This document shows positions 56,734-64,000 of a stretch of DNA of 64,000 nucleotides, piece after piece. The notes under the pieces were generated by a model. The model did not search any database. It was not told the DNA's origin and worked only from the letters and a program-made list of their open reading frames with translations. Source of the stretch: Candidatus Latescibacterota bacterium (GTDB lineage: Bacteria; Latescibacterota; UBA2968; UBA8231); contig OZ241867.1 of assembly GCA_965203175.1 (NCBI GenBank), positions 3,264,001-3,328,000 on the forward strand, in the 5' to 3' direction. The first letter of the stretch is position 1. Each line of letters starts with the position of its first letter. A program made the position numbers and the translations under genes.

Positions 56734-59455
56734 GTGAACGGCGTGAGGGAATCTGCAAAAATCCCGAGACAGAAAAAGCCCTTTGATCGCATTCTAGGGC
56801 ACCAGTACACCGTCTTCGACGGGCTAGCTGGGATGCAGGTGGAAGACATCTACCAAGATCAGCGTGGCCTGCTGTGGATCGCCACAGCCGACGGCGGCGT
56901 GAGCCGGTTCGACGGAACGCACTTCGATACCTTTGGCCTGTCGGATGGGCTTCCCAGTCTCACGGTATCGACCATCGCCGAGGACGCAGACGGGCGACTG
57001 CTCTTTGGTACGCTCGGCGGCGGACTGGCGGCCTATGACGAGCGCGGTTTTCAGGTGTACACCACCGAGCACAGGCTACCCTCCAACGACATAGTGAGCC
57101 TGCAACCGCAGGCCGATGGTTCAATACGGGTGCTGACCGATGGAGGGATAGGCTGGTTTGCCGAGGGGCGATGCGTAGAGCGCGTGACAGAAATTGCGGG
57201 TCAGCCGCTAGGGTGGGTGTACGACATGGCCACTGACACAACGGGTACGACGTGGCTGGCGACGCAGCAACGGGGGACCATCAGCCTGGACGGTCGGCGC
57301 ATGAGTGCGGAGAATGGCGCAATGCAGTGGCCGTGGAAGTTTGCCCAAGACGCCTCTGGTCCTCTGTGGATCGCCTTTCGCTACGTTGGCACCAAAGTCG
57401 TTATAGGCCGCTACGATCCAGACAGTCAACGGCTCGACCTGATCGAGGCAGACGCAGCTATCGAAGGGACGGAGGCCGTAAATCACGGTACTCGCCATGT
57501 GCGCTTGGACGATAAAGGCCGGTTGTGGATGGCTCGCCAGGGCGTGCTAGTGTACGACGGGAAGGAATGGCATCCTTTTTCCGCTGGCTTGCCGGATGTT
57601 CACTTTTCGGATGCGCGGCTGACCTATGCGGACCGCGAAGGAAATATCTGGGTGGGATTGTGGGGCGGCGGACTGATTTTTTGTGATCCGGTTAGTGTTC
57701 AGTTATACACCGGAGCGGATGGCCTGCCCGACAGCGGGGTCCACCAGCTCAGCGAAGACCATCAAGGCCGGGTCTGGATCGGCACGATGGGGGGGCTAGC
57801 TTGTCTTGAAGACGGCCGGATTCGCTCAGTGGAGACCGGGCACAAGGTCACGGCGTTGGCGATAGACCGCCAAGGACAGATCTGGCGCGAGAGCCCCGAG
57901 GGGTCTGTCCGTCAATGGCATTCTGGCTCTGACGGCCGACCCTCAACAAGGGTGTCTGTGGATTGGGACTAGCGGCGGAGGCGTGCTGAAGTACGATGGC
58001 CGGGGGTTTCAGAGCATCCGTTTGGGCAAATCCACCTTGGAGAATATCGTCGAGGCCATCCTGCGCGATAGTCGGGGCCGGCTGTGGTTCGGGACGAGGG
58101 CGGGGCTGATTGCGTATCAACCTGGCAATACGCCCCCGGGTATCGTGATTCGCCAAGTTGTGGCGGGGCGTCTGTTGGAGATGCCCCAAGCCGTGTCCTG
58201 TCCAGATAGCACCCCTGAGATTCAGTTCCACTTCCAGGGCCTTAGCTTCCGAAGCGGGGCCGAGCAGATGCGCTACAGCCATCGGCTCGTCAGCCACAGC
58301 CCGGCAGAAGAGTGGAGTGCGTTCACGTCTTCCAACAGAGTGTCGTACAACGGCGTACCGGTCGGCCAGTTCCGCTTTGAGGTACGGGTTTTAGATCGGG
58401 ATGGCCTCATGTCGGAAGTCGCTAGCCTCGATGTACAGGTGTTTGCCGACGAGAAGAGCGTGCGCCTTCAGCGCTTAGAACACATGCTGCGGGATGCGGA
58501 TCAGGACTTTCTCTATCAGAGCCAAGCCATGACCCAGCTCTTAGAGAGGATCGAGCAGATGGCCGATACTGATATGACGATGCTGGTGCTAGGCGAGACC
58601 GGCGTGGGCAAGGGCGTGCTCGCCCAGAGGATCCACAACCTGAGCCGACGCCGAGGGCAGCCCTTTGTCGCGCTCAATTGCGGCTCCCTGCCCGCCGGGC
58701 TGATTGAGAGCGAGTTGTTCGGCCACGAGCGAGGGGCTTTTACTGGTGCCGTGAAGCGGCATATCGGCTGTTTTGAACGGGCTAACTACGGCACCTTGTT
58801 CCTCGATGAAATCGGCGATCTGTCGTTAGAAGTCCAACAGGCACTGCTCCGCATTCTGGAGAATCGCTACCTGACGCGCGTCGGCGGCGAGCAGTCGATC
58901 CCGGTGGATGTGCGGGTGATTGCGGCGACCAACAAGGATCTGAAAGAGGCCATCCGGGCGGGGACGTTCCGGGAAGATCTGTTCTACCGCTTGAGCGCGT
59001 GGCCGGTGAAGCTGCCGCCGCTGCGGGAGCGTCGAGAGGATATCCCGCTCTTGACGGCGCATTTTGCGCGTCGGTATGCCCAAAATTTGCAGCGATCGGT
59101 GCCAGCGTTGGGCGACGGAGTGGTGAAGCATTTGCAGGCGTATGCGTGGCCGGGAAATGTGCGCGAGTTGGAGCATCTGATCTGGCGGGCGGTGGTGCTA
59201 TGCCAAGGGGAGGCCATTCAGATGGAGGATGTGCCGCTGGCTGCTGAAGACGAAGCCACGGAGAAGCCTCTTGAGCCGCCGCCCGCGCCAGTTGAAGCCG
59301 AATTCAAAGACGAGAAACAGCAAATCGCGGAGGCGCTACAAGCGACCAACTGGATGGTTTATGGCGAGCGGGGTGCGGCGCGCTTGTTGGGCATGAACCC
59401 GGAGAAGCTGCGCTACCGCATGCAGAAGTACGGGTTGCGCCGACCGAAGAGGTAG
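56734..59455 (+). pseudogene. Propeller/Y_Y_Y/sigma-54 activator copy 2, split by an internal deletion and frameshift near 57904
   Basis: ORFs 56734-57972 and 57983-59455 align with the N- and C-halves of 1955-5101; copy-1 nt 3137-3571 are replaced by one base; the C-half has intact GAFTGA and HTH. Confidence 0.8.
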
Positions 59456-59492
59456 TACGCAACACTCCCGAGTATAGAGACGCGCCGGCCAA

Positions 59493-59559
59493 CACGGAAA
59501 GTCGTGGAGAATCCACGGAAAATCGTGGAAAGCCCACGGAAAATCGTGGAAAGTCTTGC
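59493..59559. repeat. Three 21-bp tandem repeats containing palindrome CACG-N6-CGTG, putative upstream activator sequence
   Basis: CACGGAAAGTCGTGGAGAATC / CACGGAAAATCGTGGAAAGCC / CACGGAAAATCGTGGAAAGTC; 112 bp upstream of a -24/-12 promoter. Confidence 0.85.
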
Positions 59560-59620
59560 ACTACGGCTGAGGCCGCGCAGCGCAGAAAAATTCGTCTCAT
59601 ACGTTAAGTGTCATTCCTTC

Positions 59621-59652
59621 AATTCTTTAGGGTGTTCCTAAAGAATTTTTTT
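59621..59652 (+). promoter_or_regulatory. 11-bp perfect inverted repeat plus T-run, homolog of 5291-5322
   Basis: AATTCTTTAGG-GTGTT-CCTAAAGAATT followed by TTTTT. Confidence 0.6.
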
Positions 59653-59670
59653 GTGCGGGGTCTCTTGGGG

Positions 59671-59686
59671 TGGCACGAAATATGCT
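59671..59686 (+). promoter_or_regulatory. Sigma-54 -24/-12 promoter
   Basis: TGGCACGAAATATGCT has GG-N10-GC spacing, at the same position in the module as 5340. Confidence 0.85.
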
Positions 59687-59775
59687 CATACCTAATTGAT
59701 CCTTCACATCCTCCAGTACATAGAGCCGCGCTGGGAACCGGCTACTACACCACCCACCGACTTTGGAGGTGAACT

Positions 59776-61854
59776 ATGCGCTGCATGCTCTTTGCAATTC
59801 TACTGTTGGTCGCTCCGCGCGGCGTAGTTGCCCTAACGTGGGATTTCGACGACGGCATCACTTGGGGCTGGACCGCCCGGGAAGGTTTTCATAGCAATAC
59901 AAGAAGCGGTTTTGAACTACTACAGAGCGAAGTCATCGATGGGGTCTGGCGCATCGCGCCCGTGCCCGGTCGCAGACCCACCGTTCAATTGTGTTCACCG
60001 TTGATCGGGGAGGACTCGGCCCTGTTCGACCGCCTCACCCTACGGCTGCGCCTCATACACCATAGTCCCACCGAAGAACAATTCGCGATGTACTGGTCCA
60101 ATGCTGTGAGCCGCCCTGACTCTGACACAAAAGGAGTATTTGGTACGGGACGGCAGCAATCCTATCCCCTTGAATGGGAAGAAATCACCATAGACCTACG
60201 CGCCTTGGCAGAAGCAGACACAGAATGGGCGATCACCTGGCAGGATACTCTTTTTAATTTTTCTCTAGACATGCTGTTATATCGAGACTCTCAGGATGTG
60301 GACAACCACCCAAAGTTTTTAGAAATAGACTGGATCCAGCTTATAGGAGCCGAAGAGTTGGCGCAGGGAGAATTGTCGCCTCGGGATCTCGGTGTGGAGT
60401 TGGAGCCGCCCGGCACGCTGTTCGCCGACCCCGACTTTTTCCCGCTCGGAGAGGGCATCGGCACCCCAAACTATCGGCGAGCATCGCAAGGTGCGGTGGG
60501 CGACGTAGACGGCGATGGCGATGCGGATCTCGTGGTGGCCTGGAACCGCCTTGTGGACCGCGGCAGAGAACTGGGCTGGACCGTGGCGTCCAACGACGGG
60601 CTAGGCGGCTTTGAACCCACCCAAGAAGTCCCCCTTTTAACCACATTTGACTTTCCATTCATGGATCTCTGGGGAAGCGACTTCGACGACGATGGACTCC
60701 TAGATCTGGTCGTTGCCGAAAGCGGAATCGTCGAACTGTGGTACAACTGGGGCGACGGCTTTGATCTCACCCTGCAACTGTCCGATGTCTGGCCCATTGG
60801 CTTAGCCGATGGCGACGGTGACGGCGATACGGACCTGTTGGTCTGGGAGTACGACGCGTTGTCCCGAAAAGTGATTCTGTGGATTAACGACGGCTACGAG
60901 TTTGTCCGCGGTGAGGAATTTGTCCTCGGCAGCGAAGAGCATCTCCTTGCCTACCTACCCGCCGGGCAACCCTTAGGCGAAGCTGCGAGCCTGTTGTGGC
61001 ACCAGCCGCAGGGGCCTTGGCAACTGACCCGGCCGTGGGCCGCCAGCCAAGAACCACTGCGCTCTTTCGAAGCCGGGGTCAATCCCTATGCCCTGCACTT
61101 ACTGGCAGATCTCGACGGCAATGGGATGGTGGACCTACTCGGCTCCCCTGAGAGCATAGATAGGTTCGGTGAAACCGACTACTACGGCTTGGCTCTGTGG
61201 CGTCTGGACGCTTCCGGCGGGATGGCACGCCATTACTTGCTCGCCTGGAAGGCGTTCATAGCGCACGAAGCCACCGCCAGCGACCTCAACGGCGATGGCG
61301 TGCTGGATTTGGCTATGGTCGCTGGCAACTTGACCATCGGTCGTCCAGCTCTATTGGTGTGGCTCGGCCAGCGCAACGGCGCACCCGTCTTCGAAGGCTA
61401 TTACCCCTTATCCGGCGAGGGCAATCAGGTCCTCGCCAGCGATGTCAACGGCGATGGCGACCTCGATCTGGTCGTGCTGGGAACGAATCCGATAAGTGGT
61501 CTCGGCGGCGTCTTCGTCTTGATCAACCAAGGCAGCTCGGCCACCGCCGTAGCGGCCGAGGTGGCCACGCCAACTACCTTTGCTTTAGGTGCCAACTATC
61601 CCAATCCGTTCAATCCCGCCACAACCATCCCCTTGACCGTGCCCGCTGGAGCCAAAAACGTGGACTTAACTATCTACAATGTCTTGGGGCAGCCGCTGCG
61701 TCGAGTGTGGACGGGTTCTCTGCCTGCCGGCGAGCATCGGCTGACTTGGGATGGCCGGGATGCGCAAGGCCGACCTGTCGCCACTGGGGTCTATGTGTAT
61801 CGGTTGCAGGTGGACGAGCAGACGCGCACCCGCAAAATGGTTAAACTTGAATAG
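59776..61854 (+). CDS. Secreted FG-GAP/VCBS-repeat protein with C-terminal FlgD/T9SS type A-like domain
   Basis: RBS GGAGGT; signal peptide; DxDGDGDxDL repeats; NYPNPFNP...WDGRD...GVYVYRL...KMVKLE. Confidence 0.88.
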   Translation: MRCMLFAILLLVAPRGVVALTWDFDDGITWGWTAREGFHSNTRSGFELLQSEVIDGVWRIAPVPGRRPTVQLCSPLIGEDSALFDRLTLRLRLIHHSPTEEQFAMYWSNAVSRPDSDTKGVFGTGRQQSYPLEWEEITIDLRALAEADTEWAITWQDTLFNFSLDMLLYRDSQDVDNHPKFLEIDWIQLIGAEELAQGELSPRDLGVELEPPGTLFADPDFFPLGEGIGTPNYRRASQGAVGDVDGDGDADLVVAWNRLVDRGRELGWTVASNDGLGGFEPTQEVPLLTTFDFPFMDLWGSDFDDDGLLDLVVAESGIVELWYNWGDGFDLTLQLSDVWPIGLADGDGDGDTDLLVWEYDALSRKVILWINDGYEFVRGEEFVLGSEEHLLAYLPAGQPLGEAASLLWHQPQGPWQLTRPWAASQEPLRSFEAGVNPYALHLLADLDGNGMVDLLGSPESIDRFGETDYYGLALWRLDASGGMARHYLLAWKAFIAHEATASDLNGDGVLDLAMVAGNLTIGRPALLVWLGQRNGAPVFEGYYPLSGEGNQVLASDVNGDGDLDLVVLGTNPISGLGGVFVLINQGSSATAVAAEVATPTTFALGANYPNPFNPATTIPLTVPAGAKNVDLTIYNVLGQPLRRVWTGSLPAGEHRLTWDGRDAQGRPVATGVYVYRLQVDEQTRTRKMVKLE

Positions 61855-61912
61855 GCGATAGGGCTTGGAGATGGGGAGCTAACCTCACGACCACAAACTT
61901 TGGAGGTATATT

Positions 61913-64000
61913 ATGCGCCGCGTTCTCTTTGCAATGTTGTTGGTGGCTGCTCCACACGGAGTCTCTGATTTAACGTGGGATTTTTCTGCGGGCTGGGCGG
62001 CACAGGAGAGTTCCGCAACGACTGCCATGGTGAGTAGCGAAATCGTGACGTCGAGTGCTCGTCTGGACGCAGACAGTACTCAGAGCCAGCCGTCGGTTGT
62101 GATCATCACCGGCGAAGTCCAGAATCCTCGCTCGCGAAAAATCACATTTAGATACGAATCGCCGTCGGCGCTGGAAAGCTCCGAGCAGCGCGTTGCACTC
62201 GACAGCTTGGATCGCTTCGCCTTCGAACTGCCTGTCGTCCGGGGGACCTTCGTCAGTGGGTATTTCGAAGGCGGGCAGCCAAGATGGGAATGGGTGCAGT
62301 GGTTAGGATCGTTCCTTTTCGAGCGCAGATCCCTGGCTCTTTTCGTCGAACCCGGCGATAGTCTGCACGTGGCCGTGGAGGAGGGCTTTTTCGCTTCTTC
62401 CTATTCGTTCAGCGGCTCCAACGCGGACAACAGCCGCTTCACTTCTGAGTGGATCCCGCAATTCTACTCCTTACGCCTCGACCGCGACGCATACAAGGGT
62501 CTGGGGATCGAGGATTTCAAGGACCTAATGGAACAGTGGCGACGGGATCAGTTCGAGTTCTTGGCCGAGGAGCGCGAGCAATACGCGCTGTCTTCAGGGT
62601 GCGTCGACTATGTGACGAACTACGTCAACTACGAGTGGGCCCTTAGGATGGTTGATTACCCGTCGCGTTACCAGTTTGCCAACGGACGAGAGAACAGAGA
62701 CATCACCCCGGAGTACTACGACTTCCTGCAGGAATTTCCCCTAGTGGACGAAAAGGCCATAGGCATAGGCCATTATCGCTGGTTTCTGGAACGAGCCTTG
62801 GACCGTGACCATGACGATGACCATAGCCCCAAGCTGTCTAAGATGTATGATCTATCGGGTTTGGAGTTGTCGGAGGAGACCCACGCGCAACTCGACTCCC
62901 TGTACGAAAAAGACGGCCGACAGCCCGTGCTATCGAAAATGGTCGATTTGTCGGCGTTTGGTGTTGCGGAAAGCGCTCAATCGCAACTGGACTCCCTGTA
63001 CGAAAAAGAGGGCCGATGGCTCAAGCTTTCCGAGCGGTACGATTTGTCGGCGTTTGGCGTTGCGGAAAGCGCTCAATCGCAACTCGACTCCCTGTACGAA
63101 AAGTCCGATAGGTCCCTCAACTTCTACTGGTTCAGTGAGGAAGAAAAGCCTAAGGCGGATACGACGGGCGGGGAGTTGGTGCTCCACATACCTTCTGGAG
63201 TGCGGTTGGATTCCCTAGCCAAAGAGCCGCCCAAGCTATCGGCGAAGATGGATCTATCGATTTTGAAGCTGTCGGAAGCCGCTCAGGCTCAGCTCGACTC
63301 GATGTACGAACATCGTCAACCGCTCGGGCTGTCGGCGAAGATTGATCTATCGGGATTGGGGCTGTCGGAAGCTGCTCAGGCCCAACTCGACTCGATCTAT
63401 GCCGGAAAAGGACATTGGTTTGGGTCTAGATACAATCTGGCCAAAGAAAAACTCGAAGGGAGAGTGCTCTACTGGTTTTTAGCCGGAGAGTTGATCAATA
63501 CGCTCAAGCGCGGTAGCAGTGAAGCCTTTGCGTGGGCCCAGCACAAGTGGGAAGAGTTCCAAGAGGTCAACCCGTATCCGGAATACAATGAGGCCGTGCT
63601 AGTGGCTCTTGCTGCCGCCCTGAAGCTACAACCCGGAGAACCCGCACCCGACTTCACGCTCGACGACCTCGACGGTCAGCCCGTATCGCTGAGCCAGTTC
63701 AAGGGGAAAGTGGTTCTGCTCGATTTCTGGGCGAGTTGGTGCGGGCCGTGTATCAACGACCTACCCTATCTCCGAGAAGTCAAGAAAAAGACGTCTGACT
63801 GGCCGGTCGTCTTCCTCAACATATCGCTGGACGCGGATGATGCTGCTTGGCGAGAGGCGATTGATGAACACGAGATCAAAGGCGTCCACGTGCGCGCGGA
63901 CGGCTGGGGCGCAGAGGTAGCCAAAACCTACCAAGTGATGGGCATCCCTTCGTATTATTTGGTGGACTCACAAGGGCTGATCGTAGAGAATCATGGCCTA
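61913..64000 (+). CDS. TlpA/ResA-family thiol-disulfide oxidoreductase with long N-terminal extension, 3'-truncated (absent from ORF track)
   Basis: RBS GGAGGT and ATG 61913 (MRRVLFAMLLVAAP...); the same frame reads PAPDFTLDDLDGQPVSLSQFKGKVVLLDFWASWCGPC near 63640-63755 and runs off the window. Confidence 0.88.
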   Translation, partial: MRRVLFAMLLVAAPHGVSDLTWDFSAGWAAQESSATTAMVSSEIVTSSARLDADSTQSQPSVVIITGEVQNPRSRKITFRYESPSALESSEQRVALDSLDRFAFELPVVRGTFVSGYFEGGQPRWEWVQWLGSFLFERRSLALFVEPGDSLHVAVEEGFFASSYSFSGSNADNSRFTSEWIPQFYSLRLDRDAYKGLGIEDFKDLMEQWRRDQFEFLAEEREQYALSSGCVDYVTNYVNYEWALRMVDYPSRYQFANGRENRDITPEYYDFLQEFPLVDEKAIGIGHYRWFLERALDRDHDDDHSPKLSKMYDLSGLELSEETHAQLDSLYEKDGRQPVLSKMVDLSAFGVAESAQSQLDSLYEKEGRWLKLSERYDLSAFGVAESAQSQLDSLYEKSDRSLNFYWFSEEEKPKADTTGGELVLHIPSGVRLDSLAKEPPKLSAKMDLSILKLSEAAQAQLDSMYEHRQPLGLSAKIDLSGLGLSEAAQAQLDSIYAGKGHWFGSRYNLAKEKLEGRVLYWFLAGELINTLKRGSSEAFAWAQHKWEEFQEVNPYPEYNEAVLVALAAALKLQPGEPAPDFTLDDLDGQPVSLSQFKGKVVLLDFWASWCGPCINDLPYLREVKKKTSDWPVVFLNISLDADDAAWREAIDEHEIKGVHVRADGWGAEVAKTYQVMGIPSYYLVDSQGLIVENHGL
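62831..63400 (+). repeat. Five intragenic 93-96-bp (31-32 aa) repeats
   Basis: Units start at 62831, 62927, 63023, 63233 and 63326; consensus LSxxxDLSxxxxxExxxxQLDSxY. Confidence 0.85.

Noticed and set aside
57895-57907. Programmed +1 frameshift at CCC GAG GGG T
   Set aside because: The shift coincides exactly with a large deletion relative to the paralog, and there is no recognised slippery site or stimulator.
62831-63120. 96-bp periodic repeats as a CRISPR array
   Set aside because: They are in-frame coding repeats within the TlpA ORF.

Overview
This 64 kb window is GC-rich bacterial DNA. The gene content (many PhyH dioxygenases, FlgD/T9SS-like C-terminal domains, CRTAC1, DUF6785-like membrane proteins) suggests an FCB-group candidate lineage such as Latescibacterota; that is an inference. 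About 40 CDS cover sugar and amino-sugar metabolism, Fe/2OG dioxygenases and envelope proteins. No rRNA, tRNA or CRISPR array was seen. Two systems stand out. (1) A sigma-54 regulatory module occurs twice (~1.9-5.7 kb and ~56.7-64 kb). Each copy has a membrane-less beta-propeller/Y_Y_Y/AAA+ activator gene, a copy-specific helically phased tandem-repeat array, a palindrome conserved with a compensatory change, and a canonical -24/-12 promoter at almost identical spacing. Copy 2 is broken by a 434-nt deletion. The copies drive different outputs: unannotated small ORFs, versus an FG-GAP/FlgD protein and a chimeric repeat-containing TlpA protein missing from the ORF track. (2) A ~17 kb minus-strand operon (26.7-44.1 kb) encodes three related secreted proteins with TPNGD/FlgD tails, two ~950-aa paralogous unknown secreted proteins, a GT39-TPR glycosyltransferase and a PPIase lipoprotein, a candidate undescribed surface or secretion module. 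Also present: a 152-bp MITE with an 8-bp TSD, a PhyH pseudo-enzyme/enzyme pair, and a low-GC glycosidase-like gene.
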